64,000 bases of DNA, taken from NCBI GenBank assembly GCA_050287085.1, contig JBNKBE010000012.1, positions 32,001-96,000 on the forward strand, given 5' to 3'. The translations under genes were made by a program, and so were the position numbers. The DNA comes from Polyangiaceae bacterium. GTDB lineage: Bacteria; Myxococcota_A; Polyangia; Polyangiales; Polyangiaceae. This document shows positions 37,424 through 47,237 of this stretch, in pieces. Within the stretch, counting starts at the first letter, position 1, and each line of letters begins with the position of its first letter. The notes below the pieces were generated by a model, which was not told the origin of the DNA, did no database searches, and saw nothing but the letters and a program-made list of their open reading frames with translations.

Positions 37424-38524
37424 CTAGGGAAAGACAACGTCTGGCCCGAGCGCTTGACTGGTCTCGATGTCGCTCTCGTTCAGCGGCAGAGCGTAAATGC
37501 GAAACTCCTCGAGCACACCATTGAAGAAAGGCTCCGACTCCGTCGTCGAGCGTCCCAGATAGTTTGACGTGTTTGGGAAGAGTCCGAGGTTGATTAGAGC
37601 ACTGACCTCTCCCACCCTATTGCCGTCGGCGAATAGAATCATTTGACTGCGCGTTACCACCAGAGCCACGTGCAAAGTCCCCGAAGTCGGCACTTTCCAG
37701 TTGGATTGCAGCACCGTTCGACCGCGGACGCCGCCAAAGGGACTGAAGCCAGCCGTGGCCTGTTCTCGCCCCTCGTCTCCCTCCATTCCCGAGAGTGCTA
37801 GATACAGAGTGCTGTCCTCGTCCCCTCCGAGGGTGGGACGACCAAAGTCGAAGAGCCGCTGCAGCGGTTCACCACCGCGCCAACTGAACCACGCTTCGTA
37901 GGTGACGTCTGGAGCGGGGTTCGCAACTCCCAGTGGTAGCTGAACGTATGCCTCGTGTCCGTCAAGCTCTAGCTGCCCTTCCCCAGAGAGCGCAGCCCCA
38001 TGCACCTGCCCATCCTTCTGCCCCACGGAGTCCACCACGGTGGTCCCCGTACCGTTGAAGCTGTAGCGGTTTCTCAGAGCGGACGCCAGGCGGTCACAAC
38101 TTAACTCTTCGCACGAGGCGTAACTCGATTCGTCATCATCGTCCCCTGCGTCTTTCTCGGACGGCGTCGGCGCTGACGCGTCCGCATCGGGGAGGACACC
38201 GCCCCCGTCTGCTTCGGCGCCCGCGGCCGCGTCACCGGCATCGGCTTCCGGACTTGCGATGCCGCCGACTCCCCCCTCCGGCGGAGGATCGTCGGACGCG
38301 GCATCGTGGTCCGAGACGGCGCCACCCGATGGGACGTCGCTCCCCCCAGCGTCCTGGCTTGGCGCCTCGATCGCCTCACCGCCCATTCCCCCCAGACTGC
38401 CGCTCACCCCGCTTGTCCCCCCGCCGGGTGCCCCGGCGTCCCTGGAGTCGTGCGTAAACGGCTTGCCTGTGCACGCGAGCAACGCGCACAGGCCCAATGA
38501 GCTAATAAGCAGCAAAGACTTCAT
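37424..38524 (-). CDS. LamG-like jelly-roll domain lipoprotein
   Basis: LLAC lipobox, DAG-rich linker, RYSFNGTG..DSVG, TYEAW, QRLFDFG, HVALV, YLGRS, EEFRIY. Confidence 0.85.
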   Translation of the reverse strand: MKSLLLISSLGLCALLACTGKPFTHDSRDAGAPGGGTSGVSGSLGGMGGEAIEAPSQDAGGSDVPSGGAVSDHDAASDDPPPEGGVGGIASPEADAGDAAAGAEADGGGVLPDADASAPTPSEKDAGDDDDESSYASCEELSCDRLASALRNRYSFNGTGTTVVDSVGQKDGQVHGAALSGEGQLELDGHEAYVQLPLGVANPAPDVTYEAWFSWRGGEPLQRLFDFGRPTLGGDEDSTLYLALSGMEGDEGREQATAGFSPFGGVRGRTVLQSNWKVPTSGTLHVALVVTRSQMILFADGNRVGEVSALINLGLFPNTSNYLGRSTTESEPFFNGVLEEFRIYALPLNESDIETSQALGPDVVFP

Positions 38525-38880
38525 GAGAGCTCTGTCAAGTATTGTTCGCCCCACGAGCGCATGTAAGAAAAGATCGCGGTCCGGAGAGGGCGCACGTTGG
38601 TTGGCGCTAACAATTCGCGTTCTCATCCGCTCCCGCGAGAGTTGGCGCGGCAGCTTATCCGCATTGGTGCGACTCGGCATCGGACTACATCGCTCGTACA
38701 CCCATACCGGAGACTACGCAAGCTGGCCGGCCCAGTCCTTGCCCTCGAGCCCCCGGGGCGCGAGGCGCCTCCCGTCGTCCACTGCGCGCTGCGACTTACA
38801 CCCCGGGGCGGCGCACCAGGTGCCCACCAGTCCCACTTCCAGTTACCTTCCCGAAACACGCGTCGTGCGACGCCCAACGC

Positions 38881-41800
38881 ATGGAAGACTTCGGGCTCTA
38901 CGACCCAGCCAACGAACACGACGGGTGCGGGGTCGCGATGGTGGTGCGTCCGGACAATATCCCCCTTCACGAGACCGTAGAACGCGGACTGCAGTCGCTT
39001 TGCAACCTAGAGCATCGCGGTTCCGAGGGCGCTGATACGGGCACCGGCGACGGCGCCGGTATTCTGCTGCAAGTCCCCGATCGCTTCTTTCGGGAAGTGC
39101 TCGACTTCGAGCTACCCAAAGCGGGTCAATACGCAGTTGCCATGTGCTTCTTGCCTCATGATCCGGCGAGTCGCGAGGCGCTGGAATCGCTCTTTGTGGA
39201 GCAGTTGCTTTCTGAAGGGCTGGTAGCCCTTGGCTGGCGTGACGTCCCCGTACGACAAGACGCTATCGGGCGCGTAGCGCGGGAGGCCGCACCCCGGATC
39301 CGGCAATTGTTCATCTCCGAACGCAACCCCAGCGGAAGCGTGGATCAGCTGGAACGAGCGCTTTACGTGGCACGCCGCAAAGCAGAAATCGCAGCGCGCG
39401 AAGAGCTGACCATTCCGAGTTGCTCCGCGCGCACCATCATCTACAAGGGGATGCTCTCGGCGCCGCAGCTAGGCCCCTACTTTCCGGACCTGCTCGACGA
39501 GCGGATCGAGTCCGCGCTGGCGCTCGTTCATAGCCGCTTCTCCACCAATACCTTCCCGAGCTGGCGCCTCGCTCACCCATTTAGGATGATGGCGCACAAC
39601 GGCGAGGTCAATACCGTCATCGGCAACGCCAACTGGATGCGAGCTCGCGAGTCTGAGCTGAAGAGTCAGCTCCTCGGCTCGGAGTTGGCCCGCATGTTTC
39701 CGATCATTCGCCCCGGCGGCTCCGATTCGGCTTCGCTCGACAACGTGCTCGAACTGCTCGTACGGTCCGGACGCTCGTTGCCCCACGCGGTCATGATGTT
39801 GGTGCCCAAAGCCTGGCAAGGCAACGACGACATGCCACGAGAGCTCGCTGGCTTCTACCGCTACCACTCCTGTCTGATGGAGCCGTGGGACGGGCCAGCC
39901 TGCTTGACGTTTACGGATGGAAGAGTCATCGGCGCAACCCTCGATCGCAACGGCTTGCGTCCGGGGCGATGGCTGATCACGCGAGACGGTTGGGTCGTCC
40001 TGGCTTCCGAGGCGGGTACCCTGGAAGTCCCCGAAGAAACCATCCTCAAGAAGGGGAGGCTCCAACCTGGACGCCTCTTCTACGTCGACCTGGAACGCCA
40101 CAAGGTTTTTGCCAACGGCGAGATAGAACTCGAGGTCGCCCGCCAGAACCCCTACGGGCAGTGGTACAGCCGAAATACGCTGCAGCTATCGGATCTGCCG
40201 AAACCAGTCAAAGCCCCCTCTCAAGGCATCCCTTATCGCCTGCGTCAGTTGGCGTTCGGTTGGTCGCAGGAGGACGTCCGCTTTCTGGTAGCCCCGCTCA
40301 TCGCGAAAGGCAAAGAACCGAACGGGTCCATGGGCAACGACCTGCCGCTCGCAGTCTTGTCAGAGCACTCTCCGTCGCTATTTAGCTACTTCAAGCAACG
40401 CTTTGCTCAGGTCACAAACCCGGCGATCGACCCGGTACGAGAAGCGGTCGTGATGAGCCTCCAAGTCGGGCTCGGGCGCGAACGCAACTTGCTCGAAGAA
40501 ACTCCCGACCACTGCAAACGCTTGATCCTGGACCAACCCGTCCTCACCGACGCGACGCTATCGCGAATCAAGCAGGGGCGGGGAGCCATTCAGACCATCA
40601 CCCTCGACGCCACATGGTTGGCGGGTGCTGGGAGCGGCGGGCTCGAACCGGCATTGGAAGCCCTGTGCGCAGCCGCTGAGCAAGCGGTAGAACAAGGATG
40701 CAGCGTCATCGTGCTATCAGACCGCAGCGTGAGCGCTGAACGCGTTCCCATTCCATCGCTGATGGCCATTGGTGCCGTGCACCACCACTTGGTACGGCTC
40801 GGCCGGCGCTTGCGTGTAAGTCTCATCGCTGAAGCCGGCGACGTACGCGAGGTTCACCACGTGGCATGCCTGATCGGCTTTGGGGCAGCCGCCGTCAATC
40901 CGTACATGCTATTCGAGTCTATCGATGCCCTGGCGAGAAGTGGCGATCTCCACCTGGATGTCGACGTCGAAGCCTGTGAACAGGGAGTCGTGCGGGGGAT
41001 CGGTCAAGGTCTGCTGAAGATTCTGTCCAAGATGGGGATTTCAACGCTGCATTCGTACATGGGCGCGCAGGTTTTTGAAGCTGTAGGGCTTGCCCCTGCT
41101 GTGGTCGAGAAGTGCTTCCGAGGTACCCCTTCGCGGATCCGTGGAGTGGGCTTCGATACGCTCGCCAACGAAGCGCTGCAGCGACACGCACGCGGCTTTC
41201 CGGCGGCCGCAGACAAGCTACTGCCTCCCGGCGGCGTCTATGCTTGGCGCCGCAAAGGAGAGCTCCACATGTGGAATCCTGACACGGTTCCGCTGTTGCA
41301 GCAGGCCGTTCGGGTCGAAGGTCAGGGTGTCGAGGCCTATAACAGCTTCGCCGAGAAGGTGAACGAGGATTCCGCGCGACGGGCAACCCTTCGCGGTCTG
41401 CTCCGCTTCAAGAGCGGCACTCCCATTGCTCTGGATGAGGTCGAGCCCGCTACTGAGATCGTAAAGCGCTTTGCGACGGGTGCCATGAGCCTCGGCTCCA
41501 TCTCCCAAGAAGCCCACTCAGCGCTTGCGGTTGCCATGAATCGCATTGGTGGCAAGTCCAACACCGGCGAAGGTGGAGAAGCTCCGGAGCGATTCCTAGA
41601 TGAGCGGCGCTCTGCTATCAAGCAAGTTGCCTCGGGACGCTTTGGCGTAACGATTCACTATCTCGTCAACGCGGACCAACTCCAGATCAAGGTGGCCCAA
41701 GGCGCCAAACCGGGAGAAGGCGGACAGCTGCCGGGCCATAAGGTGAGCGAGCAGATTGCAAAGCTGCGCTACTCAACGCCGGGGGTAGAACTCATCTCAC

Positions 41801-43368
41801 CGCCTCCCCATCACGACATCTACTCAATCGAAGACCTAAAACAGCTCATCTACGATCTGCGCTGCGCCAACGACAGGGCTTCCATCTCGGTCAAGTTGGT
41901 TTCGGAGGTAGGGGTTGGTACGGTCGCCGCGGGCGTCGCCAAGGCCAACGCCGACCACATCGTGATTGCAGGCCACGAAGGAGGAACTGGCTCTTCCCCA
42001 CTAAGCTCTATCCAGCATGCTGGTCTACCCTGGGAGCTAGGTCTAGCAGAGACGCAGCAGACGCTGGTTCTCCACAACCTGCGGTCCCGCGTCACGTTGC
42101 AGACCGACGGTCAAATGAAAACGGGCCGCGACGTCGTGATAGCGGCTCTTCTCGGCGCCGAGGAGTATGGCTTTTCGACCGCGCCGCTCATCGCCATGGG
42201 GTGCGTCATGATGCGCGTCTGTCATCTGAACACCTGCCCTGTGGGCATCGCGACGCAGGATCCTGAGCTGCGCCGTCGCTTTGCCGGAACACCGGAAAAC
42301 GTGATTCGCTACTTGTTTTTCGTCGCCGAAGAGGCTCGCACGCTCATGGCCCAGCTCGGCGCACGCACCCTAGAGGAACTGATTGGACGCACCGATTTGC
42401 TCGAACAGGATGCTGCAGTCGCCCACTTCAAAGCCCAGGGTCTAGACCTCAGTGCCATCCTGGCTGCACCCCAGGCGGCACCGGATATCCCGCGTAGAAA
42501 GACCCGCGCGCCCGATCCGGTATTGGACGACGCACTCGACCGAGAGTTCATCGAACTCGCTCAGCCGGCTCTCGAGCACAACACCCCTGTGACGATCGAA
42601 CGCGCGATACGCAATCGCCATCGCACTCTCGGAGGTATGCTCTCGTCTGCCGTAGCGCGCCGTAGCGGGGCTCAGGGGCTTCCGCCTGGTACGATACGAC
42701 TGCACTTGTCCGGCTCAGCTGGGCAGAGTCTTGGCGCTTGGCTCGCCCCCGGCATTGAGCTTTCCCTCGTCGGGGAAGGCAATGACTACGTAGGCAAAGG
42801 GCTCTCGGGCGGTGTTATCTCGGTACGTCCATTCCCATCGGTCACCTATGCTGCCGAAAGCAATTCCATCGTTGGGAATACCGTGCTCTACGGCGCTACC
42901 AGCGGACGCGCGTTCTTCCGGGGACAAGCGGGCGAGCGCTTTGCTGTTCGCAACTCCGGCGCCAAGGCAGTCGTCGAGGGCGTCGGCGACCACGGCTGCG
43001 AGTACATGACGGGGGGGGTGGTCGTGATCTTAGGCCCCACTGGCATAAATTTCGCAGCCGGGATGAGCGGAGGGGTTGCCTACGTCTATGACCCGGGAGG
43101 ACAGTTCGCCAATCGCTGCAACTATGAGCTTATCGAATTGGAGCGCTTCGAGGAACCGGACTGGAAGGAGCTGCGCGAATTGCTCGATGAGCATATCAAG
43201 CGCACGGGGTCGACGGTGGCAACGAGCATCCTGAACGACTGGGCTGTCACCTGCCGGGCGTTCGTCAAGGTCATGCCCCGCGACTACAAGGCGGTCCTCA
43301 AACGACTCTCCAAACGCGAAACGCGCGAATCTATCGAAACGGCAGCACCCGAGGAAGTGAGTCTCTAG
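38881..43368 (+). CDS. gltB: Glutamate synthase large subunit
   Basis: EHDGCGV amidotransferase Cys, HSRFSTNT, EPWDGPA, QGAKPGEGGQLPG, CHLNTCPVG, GVGDHGCEYMTGG. Confidence 0.98.
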   Translation: MEDFGLYDPANEHDGCGVAMVVRPDNIPLHETVERGLQSLCNLEHRGSEGADTGTGDGAGILLQVPDRFFREVLDFELPKAGQYAVAMCFLPHDPASREALESLFVEQLLSEGLVALGWRDVPVRQDAIGRVAREAAPRIRQLFISERNPSGSVDQLERALYVARRKAEIAAREELTIPSCSARTIIYKGMLSAPQLGPYFPDLLDERIESALALVHSRFSTNTFPSWRLAHPFRMMAHNGEVNTVIGNANWMRARESELKSQLLGSELARMFPIIRPGGSDSASLDNVLELLVRSGRSLPHAVMMLVPKAWQGNDDMPRELAGFYRYHSCLMEPWDGPACLTFTDGRVIGATLDRNGLRPGRWLITRDGWVVLASEAGTLEVPEETILKKGRLQPGRLFYVDLERHKVFANGEIELEVARQNPYGQWYSRNTLQLSDLPKPVKAPSQGIPYRLRQLAFGWSQEDVRFLVAPLIAKGKEPNGSMGNDLPLAVLSEHSPSLFSYFKQRFAQVTNPAIDPVREAVVMSLQVGLGRERNLLEETPDHCKRLILDQPVLTDATLSRIKQGRGAIQTITLDATWLAGAGSGGLEPALEALCAAAEQAVEQGCSVIVLSDRSVSAERVPIPSLMAIGAVHHHLVRLGRRLRVSLIAEAGDVREVHHVACLIGFGAAAVNPYMLFESIDALARSGDLHLDVDVEACEQGVVRGIGQGLLKILSKMGISTLHSYMGAQVFEAVGLAPAVVEKCFRGTPSRIRGVGFDTLANEALQRHARGFPAAADKLLPPGGVYAWRRKGELHMWNPDTVPLLQQAVRVEGQGVEAYNSFAEKVNEDSARRATLRGLLRFKSGTPIALDEVEPATEIVKRFATGAMSLGSISQEAHSALAVAMNRIGGKSNTGEGGEAPERFLDERRSAIKQVASGRFGVTIHYLVNADQLQIKVAQGAKPGEGGQLPGHKVSEQIAKLRYSTPGVELISPPPHHDIYSIEDLKQLIYDLRCANDRASISVKLVSEVGVGTVAAGVAKANADHIVIAGHEGGTGSSPLSSIQHAGLPWELGLAETQQTLVLHNLRSRVTLQTDGQMKTGRDVVIAALLGAEEYGFSTAPLIAMGCVMMRVCHLNTCPVGIATQDPELRRRFAGTPENVIRYLFFVAEEARTLMAQLGARTLEELIGRTDLLEQDAAVAHFKAQGLDLSAILAAPQAAPDIPRRKTRAPDPVLDDALDREFIELAQPALEHNTPVTIERAIRNRHRTLGGMLSSAVARRSGAQGLPPGTIRLHLSGSAGQSLGAWLAPGIELSLVGEGNDYVGKGLSGGVISVRPFPSVTYAAESNSIVGNTVLYGATSGRAFFRGQAGERFAVRNSGAKAVVEGVGDHGCEYMTGGVVVILGPTGINFAAGMSGGVAYVYDPGGQFANRCNYELIELERFEEPDWKELRELLDEHIKRTGSTVATSILNDWAVTCRAFVKVMPRDYKAVLKRLSKRETRESIETAAPEEVSL

Positions 43369-44786
43369 TGGCGGATCCCAAAGGCTTTTTGAAGATTGCG
43401 CGCGCCACAACGGGTGACCCGCGACGCGACCCGCGCACGCGGATCGGCGACTACAAGGAGGTGATCCGTCTGCTGCCGCTGGCAGAGGTCCAGGAGCAAG
43501 CACAGCGCTGCATGCAGTGCGGCGTGCCCTTCTGCCACCGTGGCTGTCCGCTGGGCAATCTCATTCCGGAGTGGAACGACTTGGTGCATCAAGGTCGCTG
43601 GCGCGACGCCATTGCCAGGCTGCACGCAACCAACAACTTCCCCGAGTTTACCGGCTTCACCTGCCCAGCTCCCTGCGAACCCGCCTGTACGCTTGAGATC
43701 AACGACGACCCGGTGATGATCAAACACACCGAGGTTTCCATCATCGAACATGCGTTTGAACAAGGCTGGGTGCTGCCGCGTCCACCTACGCGACGCACCG
43801 GCAAGCGAGTAGCGATTGTGGGTTCTGGCCCCGCTGGGTTGGCCGCAGCGGCTCAGCTCAACTACGCGGGGCATCTCGCGGTCGTTCATGAGCGCGACGA
43901 AGCGGTCGGCGGTTTGCTGCGTTTTGGCATTCCCGACTTCAAACTGGAAAAGCGGATCATCGAGCGACGAGTGCGCATTCTCGAAGAAGAGGGAGTAGTG
44001 TTCAAGACCGGCATCAACGTAGGTGTAGATGTGAGCGCTGATAGTCTGCTAGCCGACTTCGATGCAGTGGTGGTGGCCGTCGGTGCGCGCCATCACCGTG
44101 AGCTCGAGGTACCGGGCAGCAAGCTCGAAGGTGTGCACGCCGCGATGGACTACCTCTACGACTGCAACCGCTCCCAAGCGGCCCATGCGGGCAACGCGCG
44201 CCACGAGGCTAGAATCAGCGCGGCCGGCAAGCACGTGGTCGTAATCGGCGGAGGAGACACCGCCGCCGACTGTATCGCCAACGCGCATAGAGAAGGTGCG
44301 CTCTCCGTGACACAACTCGACCGCTCCGCGCCTCCCAAAGGCACTCGCCCCCGCGAGATTGCCGGGTGGCCCAACGCGCCTCGACGCGAAGTGACCTCAT
44401 ATGCCCTGGAGGAAGGCGGCAGCCGTGAATGGCAAACCGTAACCCAGCAAATCCTGGGCGACGGAAACAAGGTTTCAGGCGTCGAAGTCGCTCGCGTCGA
44501 CCCGCACAGCCGCCGGCCGGTGATGGACTCTCTTCGAGTGTTGCCCGCCGGTCTGGTGCTGGTGGCCATTGGTTTCGAGCGTCCGGAGCGCGATGCCTTC
44601 ACGGCACAACTCAGCGTCGAAGAGGATCGCGCAGGGAACGTACTCGCCCCCCGCTATGTCACCTCAAGACCGAAGGTCTTTGCATGCGGGGACGCTCGCC
44701 GTGGGGCGTCGCTGGTGGTTTGGGCAATCAATGAGGGTCGAGAATGCGCCGAGGCGGTCGACGCCGCGCTTCAAGGGAAGGGCTAG
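43368..44786 (+). CDS. gltD: Glutamate synthase small subunit
   Basis: RCMQCGVPFC..GCP, CPAPCEPAC, GSGPAGLAAA, GGGDTAADC, GDARRGASLVVWAI; 1-nt overlap with gltB. Confidence 0.97.
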   Translation: MADPKGFLKIARATTGDPRRDPRTRIGDYKEVIRLLPLAEVQEQAQRCMQCGVPFCHRGCPLGNLIPEWNDLVHQGRWRDAIARLHATNNFPEFTGFTCPAPCEPACTLEINDDPVMIKHTEVSIIEHAFEQGWVLPRPPTRRTGKRVAIVGSGPAGLAAAAQLNYAGHLAVVHERDEAVGGLLRFGIPDFKLEKRIIERRVRILEEEGVVFKTGINVGVDVSADSLLADFDAVVVAVGARHHRELEVPGSKLEGVHAAMDYLYDCNRSQAAHAGNARHEARISAAGKHVVVIGGGDTAADCIANAHREGALSVTQLDRSAPPKGTRPREIAGWPNAPRREVTSYALEEGGSREWQTVTQQILGDGNKVSGVEVARVDPHSRRPVMDSLRVLPAGLVLVAIGFERPERDAFTAQLSVEEDRAGNVLAPRYVTSRPKVFACGDARRGASLVVWAINEGRECAEAVDAALQGKG

Positions 44787-44894
44787 GGCCGGGCCGAATC
44801 CAGCGACAGTGTCCCTATTGGACCTCTGCCAGCGTTTCGGAGCCCCCACGCCCAGCGCGGATAAACGCGGCGGTCAGCCGCCTCGGGGTGAGCG

Positions 44895-47033
44895 CTAGAA
44901 CCAGCCGACTTCGCCGGCTCGAAGTTCCTTTTCTTCCATCTTATCCTCGAGCAGCAGGACCTCGAGACTATCGGAGAAGCTCGCGTTTTCCGCGAAGTTC
45001 ATCGGAACCTTGAACACGAAGGTCGTACCGACCCCGAGTTCCGAAATGACTTCCATCTGACCGCCTAGGGCGTCGATGCGTTGCTTCACGACATCGAGAC
45101 CAACGCCACGACCCGAAACATCCGAGACTTGGTCCGCCGTGCTGAATCCCGGAGAGAAGATCAAAGCGCACTTGTCGCTCCAATCCAGTTCCGCATCAAG
45201 GGCGATCAGACCACGTTCCCGCGCGACCTTCAGCACCTTGTCACCATTGATGCCTCGACCGTCGTCACCAATTTCAAGTTTCAGGCAATCTTCCTCAAAG
45301 TCTACTCTGACAAACACCGTAGCCAGCGCCGGCTTGTCCGTTAGCCGGCGTTCGTCCGGCGTCTCAATGCCGTGATCGAGACTATTTCGCAGCACGTGAA
45401 TGATCGGATCACTGAGCGCCTCGATCAGCTTTCTGCTCACTCGATACTCCTCTCCTTCAAAGGAGACCTGGACCATCTTACCAAGCGTTCGCGAGAGCTC
45501 TCGCACCAAACGGGACGCGCGATTGAGAACGCTCTGACACGATATCAGCGACATTTCGTTGGCCAGCTGAATCAGGCGGTCTTGAACGCGAGTGAGATTC
45601 TCCAGACCGCTATCATCGTCGCATGCGAGCTGCGCCTTCACCAACGTGAGGCCGCGAAGCAACGCTGTCATTCTCTCCAGCGTCTCGACATCGACCCGCA
45701 CCGTCTCTGACTTGGTCTCGCTTCGGTCGGTGCCTTCACCAGCGCTAATCAGCGAGGAAGTGTCGATGCATCCGACGTCTTCGCCCGCATGCAGCGCCTC
45801 GAGGCCCCGAGCGTGCTGCGCAAACCCGGGCACGACTTCCATCATGCCGTCGTGGTGGGCGGCTTCGTTGGCAAGTTCAATCTGGCGCCGAATCAGGGTG
45901 CTAGACGCGAACACGAAGTCTATCAACTGCTTGTCAAAACGCCGTCCTCGGTCCCGAACGTCTGCCAGCAGCGTCTCGGTACCGTGGGCGATGCGGGTCA
46001 CCGACTCAACACCGACCATGCCCGCCACGCCCTTCAGGCTGTGGAAGACACGAAACAACTGGTCCACCTGGCCTTGAGCAACACCGTTTCGTTCCGCCAG
46101 CATCATGATGCCGTCCACCGCATCCACCGCCTCATGCCCCTCCGAAATGAATTCCAGCACCAGCTCCAGGTCGTCGCCTTCGACCTCCAACTTCACACGG
46201 TCGACGTCATGACTGGTCGGTATCCGTGACTCGAGCGGCGCCCGGCTGCTTTCGAGTCGCTCGAGCATTTCTGTCACACGCGACACTGAGCTTTCGCCGT
46301 TTATCGTCTTGATCAGCTCACGTCGGCAATAGTTAACGTGCTCAAGCTGATTCCGGTCTTCTTGATCGTCGAGCTCCAGGAATTCGTCTAAGAGGGCGAG
46401 CACGGACGAACAGACGAATCGGTTCATCCCTTGCCGAAGCAGCGCCAGAGCCTCGCCTATGAGGTAATAGGGCGTGCGCTCCGACACGACCAGCCAAACG
46501 GAACCCGGTACTCCTTCGCAACCTATCTGCTGACCAACAAGCGGAATGACCTGCGTGGTGTAGGTCTGACATTGTTCGGCCAAGTACGTATTGGGTAGAC
46601 CAAGTTGTACCGGGCAGCGTGGATGTTGCAGCGTATGAAATGCCATGCGTCCGGCGAGCAGGTTCATCTGCTCTCCAAGGGCATCGGCACAATCAGACAA
46701 CGTGAGGCTCGACAGTCCTGTCAGCGTCTCGGCCATCGCGCGACAGGCTGAGTCGGTGCCGAACAGTCCGACTTCAACCACTCGCTCGCGGCCGACCGCA
46801 ACCATGGTGACGCCGAGGTCGAGCCCAACAGGCTGAAAGCGAACGGGGATCCCTTGCCGGAAGAAGGGCCGCTCCGCCTGATAGGTAGAAAACGTGAGAA
46901 ACGTTCTTACCGCAAACTCGAACTGCCACGGCAGCGGTCCCCGAAGCATCTGCCTCGAAAGCGGTCCGACAGACGGCTCGAGCTCGTCCTCATCATCAAA
47001 TAATCCGCTGAATGAATTCACTCGGAAATTCAA
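44895..47033 (-). CDS. Soluble CheA-like kinase with N-terminal CheX-like domain (CheX - Hpt - HATPase), no CheW domain
   Basis: DALGEQMNLLAG..LGLP (CheX ExxN); LFRVFHSLKGVAG (Hpt); TVRVD; HVLRNSLDHGIE, DDGRGI, IFSPGFST, SGRGVGLDVV. Confidence 0.88.
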   Translation of the reverse strand: MNFRVNSFSGLFDDEDELEPSVGPLSRQMLRGPLPWQFEFAVRTFLTFSTYQAERPFFRQGIPVRFQPVGLDLGVTMVAVGRERVVEVGLFGTDSACRAMAETLTGLSSLTLSDCADALGEQMNLLAGRMAFHTLQHPRCPVQLGLPNTYLAEQCQTYTTQVIPLVGQQIGCEGVPGSVWLVVSERTPYYLIGEALALLRQGMNRFVCSSVLALLDEFLELDDQEDRNQLEHVNYCRRELIKTINGESSVSRVTEMLERLESSRAPLESRIPTSHDVDRVKLEVEGDDLELVLEFISEGHEAVDAVDGIMMLAERNGVAQGQVDQLFRVFHSLKGVAGMVGVESVTRIAHGTETLLADVRDRGRRFDKQLIDFVFASSTLIRRQIELANEAAHHDGMMEVVPGFAQHARGLEALHAGEDVGCIDTSSLISAGEGTDRSETKSETVRVDVETLERMTALLRGLTLVKAQLACDDDSGLENLTRVQDRLIQLANEMSLISCQSVLNRASRLVRELSRTLGKMVQVSFEGEEYRVSRKLIEALSDPIIHVLRNSLDHGIETPDERRLTDKPALATVFVRVDFEEDCLKLEIGDDGRGINGDKVLKVARERGLIALDAELDWSDKCALIFSPGFSTADQVSDVSGRGVGLDVVKQRIDALGGQMEVISELGVGTTFVFKVPMNFAENASFSDSLEVLLLEDKMEEKELRAGEVGWF

Positions 47034-47237
47034 TACGGACCAAGGCCGCCATGACTAAGAAGCGACTCGAAAAACGCCGCAGCAGCGTGTCGATCCCAGG
47101 GGCTGAGGCCGACTCGATGCTGCTACCCGCGCCCATAGCGACGATCTACGTCGCCCCCGTTCCACGTCGCTCCCGTTCCACGTCGGCCCTGCTCGGGGGC
47201 AAGTCCAACAACCGCTTCCGGCGGAGCACTCAACCCG

